Shown here piece after piece: positions 28,130-40,556 of a stretch of 64,000 nucleotides of DNA (its first letter is position 1; each line of letters opens with the position of its first letter). Where the stretch lies: contig MU057989.1 of assembly GCA_013265495.1 (NCBI GenBank), forward strand, positions 1,629,513 to 1,693,512, written 5' to 3'. A program made the position numbers and the translations under genes. The DNA is from Vicugna vicugna (taxonomy: Eukaryota). The notes under the pieces are model-generated. The model was not told the DNA's origin, did not search any database, and saw nothing but the letters and a program-made list of their open reading frames with translations.

Positions 28130-28960
28130 CATTTATCCATTCAGCTGACATTTGTTAGTAGGCAGTGGTGGGGAATGTATTGATGGGTAACATTCACTTC
28201 TTGTTCTTCATGAGCTTGTACAGATGGACCACACCTGACTGTGGGACAGAGCAGGATGAAATAAGCTCTGTGATGTTTGGGTGGCCCGCTGGGTAGCCAG
28301 GTGGACAGTCAGACTCAGGGAGGAATGAGAATCAAATTGGAGGCAACAGGCTTGGCCAGCCTCCTGGGAAAGATGGCCTGTAGAAGCCAGGGCACAGAGC
28401 TGACTATGGGCGAGTTGGTGGATAACAGGGACCCCTGGTTATGTGGGAGATGCGGGCTGGAGTGGATGGCTGGGGCCAGGACCTAGAGGACCCTATATGC
28501 CAGGTAGAGGAGTTTGGGTTGATTCTCTGCTTGGGAAGAGCTGCTGAAGGGCTTAGAAAAGATTGAATGGATTTAAGAGGGAAGGAGTACTGTTATGAGA
28601 AGTAGGAACACAGGAGGAAGAGCAGGAGCTAGTGGCTTTGGTTTTGGGCAAGTTGAGTTTGCAAACCAGAGGGTCAGTCATTCATTCATTCGTAGAAGTA
28701 ATTGGAAGTTCTGATCCAGAGCTTAGAAAAAAGGGTATAGGGTAGAGGTTTAGATTTGAGAGACCTACATGCATTTGTGTTATTTTGAGGCTGAGGGGGA
28801 GATGCTTTTATGTGAAGAGGGTTCTAGATAGAACCTTACAGTCCACCTGCAGCTAAGGAGCTAGTGGAGGAGACAGGATGGAGTCAGAGGTCAGCGGAGG
28901 ACCCAGAGGATGCCATGAGAGGAAGGCACGTGGGGTGGCTGTCAGTGTCTGCTGCTTCAG
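28130..28960 (-). mobile_element. L2 LINE relic
   Basis: TTCATTTATCCATTCA-type L2 end followed by purine-rich L2-like body. Confidence 0.55.
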
Positions 28961-29086
28961 CGAGTTGATCAGGGTTAATCATTTTGTTTCAGTCACCTTA
29001 ATGTCTTTGTTTGCCATCATTATTATATATCAAGCCTGAAATTTTATTTTGCCTAAAGCCTTTGGTCCAGCATCTCTTAGATTTAG

Positions 29087-29336
29087 ATCAGTGGTTCTCG
29101 ATCCTCTGCATGCCAGTTACCAGAGTTACTACTTTTTTTTTTTTTAAATTGAAGTATAGCCAGTTTACAGTGTTGGGTCAATTTCTGGTGTGCAGCATTA
29201 GGTTTCACTTTTAAAGAGTACTGACACTTGGGCCTCTTTAAAGAAAATAGTAATCCCCAGAGATTCTGATGTGATGGGTCTAAAGTGGGGAAAGCTGCCA
29301 GGTGCTTCCAGTGTGCAGCCAAAGAGAGAACCACTG
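29087..29336. mobile_element. MER5-like hAT DNA transposon with nested L1 tail (29131-29200)
   Basis: Terminal inverted repeats CAGTGGTTCTC ... GAGAACCACTG. Confidence 0.7.
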
Positions 29337-30050
29337 GTTCAGACTTTTGCAGTTTGCTTTCCTCCCTTGTGCATCGTGCCTATGGTGGTTGCTGTAGAGG
29401 TCGCCAACCTTGCAATCCCGGGTGTTAACTGTGTACTCGTGGGAAACAAAACACTGCATAGTATAACCTGCTCTATCTTGTGTTAACAGGTAGTCAGGTA
29501 TGTTAGTCATTCCAGTAGTCTGAGTAGTAGAATTTGTAATATACTGTAAGTGGATTATGAATTTAAAAAGAATTACAGTCCTTAAATGCTAAAGCAGCAT
29601 ATTACTTGTTGTTATTTTGATGGATAAAGGCCTTCAAATCTTACATGTTTGTTAACGTTCTTGGTTGTTTTGTACTGTAGATACATAGATTCCAACTCAC
29701 GACAGTTTATATGATGAAGTGAGTGCTGGGCACAGGAGTTAGCTAGCTGGCTGCACCAGATGCTTCATGATTGCCTTGACTCTGATTTTCTTTTATGTGA
29801 CTGCTGTTTCAAGTCCTGGGAAGAAGGGACCATCCATAGATGCTTCAGCAGCATGTGAAGAGAGCTGGGTATATACCATTTCAGGATCACGTAGTTATTA
29901 GGTGAACTTAATCTGCGCTAGGGCTGAGCAGGGGAGGAAGAGCGTGGTGAGATTTTATCAGCAGGTGTTCTGACGGCTTTTGTGCCTATGGGTGAGTGTG
30001 CGGGCCGTGGGGAAGCGCACTAACAGATGTTACTGTCTGCTGTGAACCAG

Positions 30051-30121
30051 GCTGCCAGAGCTGCTGAGGGGGAGAGCAGACAGAAGTTCTTCACCCAGGA
30101 TGTTAATGGCGTCCTCTTAGA
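30051..30121 (+). CDS. UBN1: UBN1 exon 8 ([23 protein letters not shown])
   Basis: 71 nt, ccag/gtgagt. Confidence 0.94.
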
Positions 30122-31394
30122 GTGAGTATCTTTTGTTTCTTTGTATCTGCTGTTAACATGCTGGGTTCAGCAGGCCAGGGGAAAGTGGGAGTACACTTGA
30201 AGTACTGTGAGATTAAAAAACGCTGATGAGATTTAAAAAATTGGTTTTTATTGTTTTATTCTTTTAAAAAAGGCTGGGGGCAGAGGACACCAAATGTTTG
30301 TCTCCAGGGCACGACAGACCTTACTGATCTTAGGCAGCAGACGTTATTAGAACGCTGTATGTATAATGGTCATGGCACGTTGGAGGAGGACTCCGTGGGA
30401 AGTGTAAGCATGAAATGAGAGGAGAGAGGTGTTGCTTGCCCGTCTCTGAGGAAAGTAAGAGACAGCTTGGTGCAAGCAAGGGCCCTGCCCTCCTGGGGCT
30501 CTCCTCTGCATACCTGGTCCTTCTCTTCTTGTTCACAGTTTTGCTCCCAAGGCCAGAGGTCATCATCCTACAGCACTTCTCCCAAACACCCAAACCTCTG
30601 AGATACCACATTGTATGAATTGGATTAAAAAGCAGAAAAAAGGAAAAAGGAAAACCCACACATACAAACCCAAACCAGATCCTTTGTATCTGGCCCTCCA
30701 ACTTTGGCAGCTTCTCTCCGGGTTGTGTCACGTAGCAGAGGAAACTTACTGCTCAACAGCTGAGGATTTTGCACATGTACTTGTCGAGGCTAGGGAATAT
30801 TCTAGCAAAGATCTTTGCCTGGCCAGGATGGGGATTGGACACTTGGGTCAGGAAGCCTGGGCTGTAGAGAGCCCCCGAGAGTCGGCGCAGATGAGAGAGA
30901 GGGTTGTGTCCACAGTGTCTGCTGGAGCATGCCAAGTGTAGAGGGCTCGGGGGACTGGTGACACACAGTGCTCTGCTCGTGGAGAGGGGGACGCAGGAGG
31001 CATGGGGATCTCACTGACCACCTAAACACGGGTAGAACTGGGAACTAGGAAAACGGAAACTCTGCTAGAAAGTATTTCCTGTTGGCTCCAAGTAACTTGA
31101 TTACTTTCCACTTCAAAAAGTTTTTACATTTTCTTTGTTTATGAAACTCGGGGCTTCAGAGCTTGTTTTCTCAGCTACTTTTGACTTGGTCTTGCCTTTG
31201 ACCTCAGAGTCTTGATCCACTTTAGCCAAGTTCATTGAGTTTGGTCACTGCTGGAGGTCTGTTGATTGGCCGCTCAGTTACGCTGTGTGACCAGCGAGAG
31301 AAGGTTTGGCCTGCTCTTGGCTGCCAGCTTTCCCCTCCGTTGTGGGGCGCCCTGATGATGAGAGGAGCTGAAGTAACTCTGCTCTGTTCTTCAG

Positions 31395-31524
31395 CATAGA
31401 GGCACAGACCCGGGAGCTGAGCAGCCAGACTCGTTCTGGGGTGTACGCCTACCTTGCTTCCTTCCTGCCGTGCAGCAAGGACACCCTGGTCAAACGCGCG
31501 CGAAAACTGCACCTCTGTGAACAG
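31395..31524 (+). CDS. UBN1: UBN1 exon 9, conserved middle domain
   Basis: 130 nt, tcag/gtggg; [23 protein letters not shown]. Confidence 0.95.
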
Positions 31525-31637
31525 GTGGGTGACTTTGCAGTGGAGCCCCTGGCTTCGGGCAGGTGCCACCTGTGCTGCTGCACTGCCTCCTGCAATGATT
31601 CCTGTCATGTGTCTTCAGTCTAAGAAGAGATGTGTAA

Positions 31638-32910
31638 CTTAGGATGCTTCCAAGTCCTGGCAATTATAAATAATGCTGCTGTTAATAGCAGGGTGTATGT
31701 ATCTTTTTGAATTAACATTTTTGTTTTTCTCAGATATCTGCCCAGGAGTGGAATTGCTGGGCCATATGGTGGTTCTGTTTTTAGATTTTTGAGAAACCTC
31801 CATATTGTTTTCCATAATGGCTGCACCAATTTACATTCCCACCAGCAGTGTAAAGGGTTCCCTTTTCTCCACATCATCCCAAACATTTGTTATTGGTTCT
31901 CTTTTTGATGATGGCTATTCTGACAAGTGTGAAATGGTGTCTCATGATTTTGATTTGCATTTCCCTGCTATTAGTGATGTTGAGCAGCTTTTCATGTTCC
32001 TGTTGGCCATCTGCATGTCCTCTTTTGGAAAAATGTCTGCTCAGTTCTTCTGCCCATATTTTAAATGGGTTGGTTGATTCTGTGTTTGCTTTTTAATTGA
32101 AGTAAGTTGATTTTAAATGTGTTAGTTTCTGGTGTACAGCATGGATGGACTTGGAGGGCATTGTGCTAAGTGAAATAAATCAGACAGAGAAAGACAAATA
32201 CTGTAAGATATCACTTACATGTGGAATCTAAAAAAATACAACATCAACTAGTGAATATAACAGAAAAGAAGCAGACTCACAGACATAGAGAAGGAATTAG
32301 TTACCAGTGGGGAGGGGAGGGGGAGGGACAAGATGGAGGTGGAAGTTAAGAGGTACACACTATCAGGTATAAAATCAGCTACAAGGAGTGGGGGCACAGC
32401 TCAGTGGTGGGGCGCATCCTCAGCATGCATGAGGTCCCGGGTTCGATCCCCAGTACCTCCATTAAAAACAGAAAAAAAGGCTTAAAGAAACAAAGCTCCA
32501 AGGAGGGGTGGGAAGGGATAAATTGGGAGTTCGAGATTTGCAGATACTAACTAATATACATAAAATAGATAAACAACAAGTTTATACTGTATGGCAAAGG
32601 GAACCATATTCAATATTTTGTAGTAACTGATGTTGAAAAAGAATATGAACACAAATATATGTATGTTCATGTATGACTGAAATACTGTGCTGTACACCAG
32701 AAATTGACACAACATTGTAAACTGACTATACTTCAGTAAAAATATATTTTAAAAAAATAAGCTACAAGGATGTACTGTATAACATGGGGAATATAGCCAA
32801 TATTTGATAATAACTATAAATAGAGTATAACCTTTAAAAATTTGTGAATCACTATATTGTATTCCTGTAACGTGTAATATTGTACATCAACTATAGTTCA
32901 GCTTTAAAAA
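31638..32910 (+). mobile_element. 5'-inverted LINE-1 with nested SINE and L1 tails
   Basis: Minus-strand ORF2 C-term ([14 protein letters not shown]) at 31638-32075 followed by plus-strand 3' portion from 32142. Confidence 0.85.
32388..32493 (+). mobile_element. tRNA-derived SINE (Vic-1-like)
   Basis: CAGCTCAGTGG A box, GGTTCGATCC B box, A-rich tail; similar to the 44198 copy. Confidence 0.82.
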
Positions 32911-33017
32911 TATGGTGTTGTAAAATAAATGCATAAATTTAAAAAAAAAAGCTTGAAACAAAAACAAAAAATGTGATGCATAAACCAGACTTGTGATATG
33001 TCCTGCTTTCTGCATAG

Positions 33018-33137
<120 letters not shown>

Positions 33138-33267
33138 TAAGTGTGTCCCATGGCTCCCTTCAGCATTCTCACCTCCTTTTCTTAGAAGTCCTGAGGCCGG
33201 AATGGGGAGGGGCAGGAGTTGGGGGCAGGAGGAAGCAGCTCTGTGGTGACCTAAGGGTCCTACTTAA

Positions 33268-33465
<198 letters not shown>

Positions 33466-33587
33466 TGAGTATTTCTAATGAAGGTTAGAGTCATTTACTT
33501 CAGTCAGGGCTGCTGAAAGCACAGGATTGAAACCTTGAAGAAACTTTCGGCATAGTTTGCAGTTTCTGACTTCTGCCCACTCCTCAG

Positions 33588-33731
33588 GGAGCTGCTCTGT
33601 CAGGTGGTGAAGATCAAGCTGGAGAGCTATGACCTGGAGAGGAGCAAGGCCCAGTCCTGGGAGGACTACGTGAAGGCGTTTCTGGATGCTGAGGTCAAAC
33701 CTCTCTGGCCCAAAGGCTGGATGCAGGCCAG
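33588..33731 (+). CDS. UBN1: UBN1 exon 12 ([12 protein letters not shown]...[10 protein letters not shown])
   Basis: 144 nt, tcag/gtgag. Confidence 0.95.
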
Positions 33732-34249
33732 GTGAGGGCCCATGGTGGAATGTTCTTGCGGCAAAGAGACATTTGGGTGCTGCTTCTGTGCCAGTCCCAC
33801 AGAGCCCTTCCCTCAGAGTCACTATCTAGTGGCCTCAACACTGATCTCTCCTGAGTAACCAGGCTGGGGAGGGGGGACAGGTGCTTCTCTGTCTTCCCCA
33901 GAAGAGGGCAGTTATCTGTGGGGTTTCGTCTGTCATTTTTCTGTCCTGCTTCAGTTCAGATTGGCTTGCATGCTCATCCCACCTTAGTCTGCCCTTTCCT
34001 CCTCTGAGGTAAGGGCTCCTACCGGAAGCTGAGAGACAGATCCACGTTGGGAACATTATAATATTCCAAACAGAAGTCTTATTTGCAAGTAGCAGGGCTG
34101 ACTACTTCTTGGAGTTAAGTGCCAGGCTTTTTTTTCCCTCACAGGCTATTTTTTGTTATGTAGCTTCCCATGAACAGACTACATCTGCAGTACACAGAGG
34201 AAGTTACCTGGAGCTAGTGTTGTTTAAAAGAAAAATTTGTGTGTGGGGG

Positions 34250-37200
34250 TGGTGAAATACACTTAACATAAAATTTAGCATCTTGAAGTGCACGGTTCGG
34301 TGGTGGTAAACGCATTCACATTGTTGTGCAACCATCACTACCGTACATCTCCAGAACTCTTTTCATCTTATAAAACTGTAACTCTGTACCCATTAAACAG
34401 TGACTCCACACTTCCCTCTCTACCACAGACACCATTCTACTTTGTCTCTGACTTTGACTGCTCTGAGTACCTCATGTAAGTGGAACCATACAAAGCATTT
34501 GTCTTTTTGTGACTGGCTTACTTAAGTCACTTAGCATAATGTCTTCAAGGTTCAGCCATGCTGTAGCTTTTTAAGGCTGACTAATACTCCATTGTATGTA
34601 TATACACCATCTTGCTTACTATTTCATCAGTTGAAGATACTTGTGTTGCTTCCCCATTTAAGCTGTTGTGAGTAATGCTGTTTTGAACATGGGCGTACAG
34701 ATATCTCTTCAAGACCCTGCTTTTAGTTCTTTCACCTATATACCCAGACCTGGAAGTATTGACCATATGGTAATACTATGTTGAATTTTTTGAGGAGCCA
34801 CCATAATGTTTTTCACAGTGGCTGTTACCTTTTTATATTCCCACCAGCAGTACACAGGCTTCCAGTTTCTCCACATCCTCACCAACACTTGATTTTGTGT
34901 TTTGGTTCCCTAGTGGGTATGAGGTGGTGTCTCGCTGTAGTTTTGATTTGCACTTCACTAAAGATGTTGAGCATCTTTTCACGTACTTTCTGGCCATCTG
35001 TGTATCTTCTTTGCTGAAATGTGTATTCAAGTCCTTTACCCATTTTTGAATCAATTTGCTTGTTTTTTTGTTGTTGATGAGTTTTAGGAGTTCACTGTAT
35101 GTTCTGGATATTAATCCCTTACCAGATACATAATTTCCAAATATTTTCTCCTGTTCTCTGGGTTACCTTTTTACTCTATGGATAGTGTCTTTCAACTTAG
35201 ATGAAATGGGCAAATCCCTAGAAACAAAACACTTACAGTCTAAATCACAAAGAAACAGAAAACCTGAACAGACCTGTAACCATGTTTATCCTCTGTTTTG
35301 TTCATCTCTGCTCTAACCTTTATTATACCCTTGATTCTACTAGCTTTAGGGTTAGTTCTTCTTTTTCTGGTTCCTTAAGTTGTAAAGTTAGATTGTTGAT
35401 TTGATACCTTTCTTGTCTCTTTTTGTTTGCTTGTTTTAAAATGCACCTTATTAATAACAACTTTCTTTCCCCCAGAACAAACAACTTTTTATTGAAGTAT
35501 AGTTGATTTACAGTGTTGTATTAGATTCAGGTGTGTAACAAAGTGATTCAGTAATATGTATATATAGATACATATTCCTTTTCAGATTCTTTCCCATTAT
35601 TGGTTATTACAAGTCTTGTTTCTTAATGTAAGCATTAATAGCTATAAATTTCCCCCCTTAGCACTACTTTTCACTGTGTCCCATAGGTTTTGGTATGTTG
35701 TGTTTTCATTTTCATTCATCTGTTAAGTGTTTTCTAATTTCCCTTGTGATTTCTTCTTTGATCCATTGATTGTTTAAAAGTGTGTTGTTAAAAGTTGTTT
35801 TTGTCTAGTAAATCTGCCATTTGTTATTTCCCCATGATTTTGTTAGTTTTCCTTTTGTTATTCATTTCTGAATTCATCCCATTGTGGTCAGAGAAGATGC
35901 TTTGTATATTGTCTGTCTTTTAAAATCTATGGTGAGTTCGTTTATGGCCTTACACGTGGTCTATCCTGGGAAATGTCCTATGTGCACTTGAGAAGAATGT
36001 ATTTTCTGTTGTTGGATAGAATGTTTTATACCTGTCTAGTAGATTCGTTGGTTTATTGTGTTAAGTCCTCTATTTGTCTTCTGTCTGGTTGTTCTATCCA
36101 TTTTTGTGAAGGGTATTGAAGTCTCCAGCTTTTATTGTAGAACTGTTTATTTCTTCCTTCAGTTCCATCAGTTTTTGCTTCATATATTTTAATGGTCTGT
36201 CAGATGCATGCATGTTTATAATTGTTGTATCTTCTTGCTGTATTGAACCCTCTTTATCTCCTGGAAACTTTCCTTGATTTAAAGTCTGTTTTGTCTGATA
36301 TATTAATATAGCTGCCTCTGCTCTCTTGATAACTATTTGCACTGAGTATCTTTTCCATCCTTTTACTTTCAGTCTGTTCTTGTCTTTGGATCTCGTAGAC
36401 ACCATGTAGTTGATTACAGTGTTGAATCGTTTACATTTAAAGTAATGACTGATAAGGAGGGACTTACTTCTGTAAGTTCATTAACATACAGGAACTCTGC
36501 TCCCTGACAGCTGTCCATTGCTGTCACAAAACTCCATTTTTATACGTTGTGTCCCCAAAACATAAACTAATAATTTTTTTTAATGCCTCTTAAATTACGT
36601 AGAAAACAAGATTAGGAGTCACAAACCAAACATTAGCTTTAAACTAATTTTTTTCTTTAAATGTATTAGTTTCTTAAATCATGTAGAAGACAAAAAGTGT
36701 GGTTATAAACCAGTGTTACAATGGCACTAGCTTTTATAATGGCCACGTGCTAACATTTTTGAGATCTTTGTGCAGACGGCTTTGCCTGTGGCCTTTCATC
36801 TCACCCACAGGATTCTGGAGCATTTCTTACACCGTAGGTTTTTAGATCATGAACTCCTTCAGCTTTTATTTATCCGAGAACGACTTAATTTCTCCCTCAC
36901 TCTTTTTTTTTTCTCCCTTCTCCCTCACTCTTGAAGGTCAGTTTTGTCAGATACAGGATTCTTGCTTGACAGTATTTTTTTTTCTTAAGTACTTGGAGTA
37001 TATCACACCACTGTCTTCTGGCCTCCAAAGTTTCTTTTCTTTTTTTTTTTAAGTTTTTTTTTTAATTGAGGTGTAGTCAGTTTACAATGTTGTGTCAATA
37101 TCTGGTGTACAGCACAATTCTTCAGTCATACATGAATATACGTATATTCATTTTCATACTCTTTTTCACTATAAGCTACTACAAGATAGTGAATATATTT

Positions 37201-38806
37201 TCCTGTTCTATACAGCATAAACTTGTTTATCTATTTTATATATACCAATCAGTGTCTGCACATATTGAATTCCCAGTTTATCCCTTCCCACCCGCCTCCC
37301 CAAAGTTTCTGATGAGAAATGTGCTGATCATTTTATTGGGATCCCTTGTATGTGGTGATTCAATTCTCTCTCGATACTTTCAATATTTTCTCTTTGGCTC
37401 CGGTTTCTGAAAGTTTGATTGTAATGTGTTTTGGTGTGGGTCTCTTTGAGTTCATCTTATTGGGAGTTCACTGAGCTTCTTGGATTGTTTGTATTCATGT
37501 ATTCACATTTGTATCACTTGTTTTCACATTTCAGAAGTTTTCAGCTGCTATTTCTTCCACTCTTCCCTGGACCCCTTTCTTTCTCTCATCCTTCTGAGAC
37601 ATCCACGCTATGTGTGGGGCGGGTGTCTGCTTGGTGGTGTCCCACAGGTCCCTTAGACTGTTCACTTTTCTTCAGTCTTTTCTTTCTGTTCCTCAGACTT
37701 GATGATTTTCATTGTTCTGTTTCAAGTTCACTGTTTCTTTTTTCTGCCTGCTAAAGTCTGCCTTTGAAGCCCTCTAGTGAAGTTTTCACTTCACTTATTA
37801 TGCTTTTCAGCTCCAGAATTTCTTTTTAGGTTTCCTGTCTCTTTATTCATATTTCCATTTCGTTCACACATTATTTTCTTAACTTTCTCTGCATCTTCCT
37901 GCAGTTCTTTGAGCATCTTTAAAACAATTGTTTTTGTGTAGTGTGTCTGCTGTTTGGTCTTTTTCAGGGACAGTTTCTGCTGATGTGGTTTTTTTCCCTT
38001 TGGGCCATAATTTACTGTTTCTCCGTTTGCCTTGTGATTTTTTTTATTGAACACTGCACATTTGAATCTACTAACGTGGTAATTCTGGAAATCGGATTCT
38101 CTCCCTTCCCTGGGGTTTGCTGCTTTTTTTACATTGTTTTTGTGTGTTTTTGATGTTGCAGGCTGTCTCTGGATCACTCAGCCTGAGGGGTGATCTTAAT
38201 GTGTTGTTCTTAGGTCTCTTCTGAGCTTCTGCTTGGGCATACACAGTCACTTTCTAATTTTCCCCATGTGTGCAGTTTTTGCCTTTTTTTTTTTTTTGAT
38301 GTTTTAGTCTTTAATGTCTGACTCCTGAAAGGGGAAGGGGAAAAACAAAAAAAGGGGGAGGGAAAGAAGAAGAAGAGGGTTAAAAAGGGGTCCCAGTCCT
38401 TTAAATCCCCTGGCTGGTCACTTCAGCTAGTAGGGCAGGTGCTGCAGCAGTGGGGGAGGGGCAGCAACCATGGTGGTGGCCTCTCTGCGCCTGTGACCAG
38501 AAGCAGCAATCAGTCTTCAGAGCACCGACCCCCCCGTCTTTGGAGGACGGGGTCCTTTTTGCTCACCCTCCTTCCTGCAAGCTCTCCAGGAACACCCGGT
38601 GGGGGAAGGGCAGCTGCTGCTGTGCTGAGAGCTGAAACTGACTGAAATTAACCACCATTTACCCATCTAGGTCATCCCCTAGAAGTTACAAGCCTTGAAC
38701 AGACTTGAACAGAATTCCAGAATAGTTCCAGTAGACAGCTGCTGCCGGGGCAGTTGTTTCCCAGGTCGGGAGACCATTCCTAGTGCCTCCTACTTGGCCA
38801 TGTTCC
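34250..38806 (-). mobile_element. Old, internally deleted LINE-1 (L1M-type: 3' end, ORF2 C-term, endonuclease, ORF1/5' region) with nested younger L1 tails
   Basis: ORF 36094..36405 is an L1 endonuclease remnant (LKVKGWK...GDFNT); ORFs 34581..34766 and 34833..35054 resemble the ORF2 C-terminus. Confidence 0.85.
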
Positions 38807-39300
38807 CAGGATCTTGCTCTTGGGGCTAGTGCTCTTGGTTGGGCCTGGTTCTTCTGTGGGTTTGACAAGTCTTGGAGCCTTTTCTTGTCTCTGTGTCCCT
38901 TTAAATAGAATTGCTCTTCTCACCTTATAGACTGGACTCCTGAAGGTACATAGGGAAGGGCATAAAGAAACTTCTGTTGAGTTTCTCGGGGAAAAGACAT
39001 GCCATGGGTCACTTCACATTTTACTCTTGGAGGCGATGAGAATAGGCAATAAGGAAAGTATACCTGCCTTTAGGGGAAAAAAAAATCACCACAAGAGGTT
39101 TGGGGGCAAAGCCATGGTGTTTTTGGTGAATCCTAGGTCCTTGGCTTTCAGGGGCCCCCTGCAGCTACTCTAGGCCCTCTCACTAGCCTGCCGACATTTA
39201 GTGAGTGACAGGCACTCACTGCCAGGGAGGTAGGAAGGCTCTGGGGGCAGTCTGCTTTCAGGGGACTTGTGCAAACCTGCTAGTGTTCTGTTTGTTCCAG

Positions 39301-39351
39301 GACTCTGTTTAAGGAGAGCAGACGAGGCCACGGGCACGTGACATCAATCCT
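39301..39351 (+). CDS. UBN1: UBN1 exon 13 (TLFKESRRGHGHVTSI)
   Basis: 51 nt, ccag/gtgagt. Confidence 0.93.
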
Positions 39352-39447
39352 GTGAGTGTCTCAGCATTTTCGCTTGTCAAGACTGTGGGGTTTTATCTCC
39401 TTCATGAATCTCCTCTAAACCTTTCCTGTGTTCATTCCTTTGAACAG

Positions 39448-39490
39448 GGCCAAGAAGAAAGTCATGGTCTCTTCCAAAATGAAGGTGAAG
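39448..39490 (+). CDS. UBN1: UBN1 exon 14 (AKKKVMVSSKMKVK)
   Basis: 43 nt, acag/gtgagt; restores phase 0. Confidence 0.92.
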
Positions 39491-40556
39491 GTGAGTCAGC
39501 CTGCCCAAGTCATGTGCCATCTGTTCTTATCTCTCTGCAGCCATGCTCCTGGAAGCTCACTGAGCTTTCCTGGTCTGGAGCACAGATCTTCAGGATGGCA
39601 CTCTTGAGGTTGTACCAAGAGGCATCCTGGCCCATAGGAGGGGCCTTGGGTTGGAAGGAGAGACCTGAGCTGGGCCACTAGGGCCCTCCAGCCTCAGTTC
39701 TAGGAAACAGCACCCATCTGGCCAGTTCCTGGGGCTGTTGTGGGACTAAGTGAGGTCTCCCTGACAGCCCTCTGAGGAGCAGTGAGCCCTTGCAGACGTG
39801 AAGGCGTTGCACTGTGAATTCTCATAATCTCTTATGGAAGAGCACCTGCTAGCCAAGTGCAGGTTAACCTGGATCTGCCCTGGGCAGGATGGGAGGCTTT
39901 GTCGAGCTGACCTGGCAGACATGGGGGTGTGTGCGATGCTTGGAGACTAGAGACTGAAATGACTTCGATGTTGCAGAGATCTCTCCGTGCAGGAAAAATT
40001 GCTGTTTCACTAAATTTTTGCCTGTTCCTGAGGCTTTGTAGTGCCCTCCAGCATACCTGAACAGTCTGAGGGAATGACCACGCAGATCAGTTTTTCCTTA
40101 GTGTATGCTGAACTCCTGCAGCGTCGCTTGGGCAGCGAGAATGATGGGGCAGGCCCGGCTCCTGAGCCCCCTGAGGGGACGAGTGCTGGGAAGACCAAGG
40201 AGGGGAAGGAAACTAAGGCAGTCCCTGTGCCACACAGCACTTTCTGCTTGCAGCTAGGAGCACTGAGCTAGTGTGAGGGCCAGTAAGGGGAGCATCTCCT
40301 TGCTCGAGTTTTGTACTTTTTCAGAAGAGTTTCCCCATTGGCGTACGTGTGCGTGCTTGGGTCAGCCCAGCCCCAGCCCTGTGCAGAAGGTGGTCCAGGT
40401 CCACACAGGCCTGGCACCTGCTCTCTTCCTACCTTGCTCTTTGATTGCACAGGAAGGCCTGCTTCTTTGTCTTGTATTCTCACGCTTGTGTTCTCACAGC
40501 AAGGCCAGTGTTGGCATCTTTGGACGTTTCTAAACAGCCTTTCTGCTTTCCTTTAG

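Noticed and set aside
32388..32460. tRNA-like sequences (also at 44198)
   Set aside because: A-tailed, nested in L1 with flanking duplications and degenerate stems; SINEs, not tRNA genes
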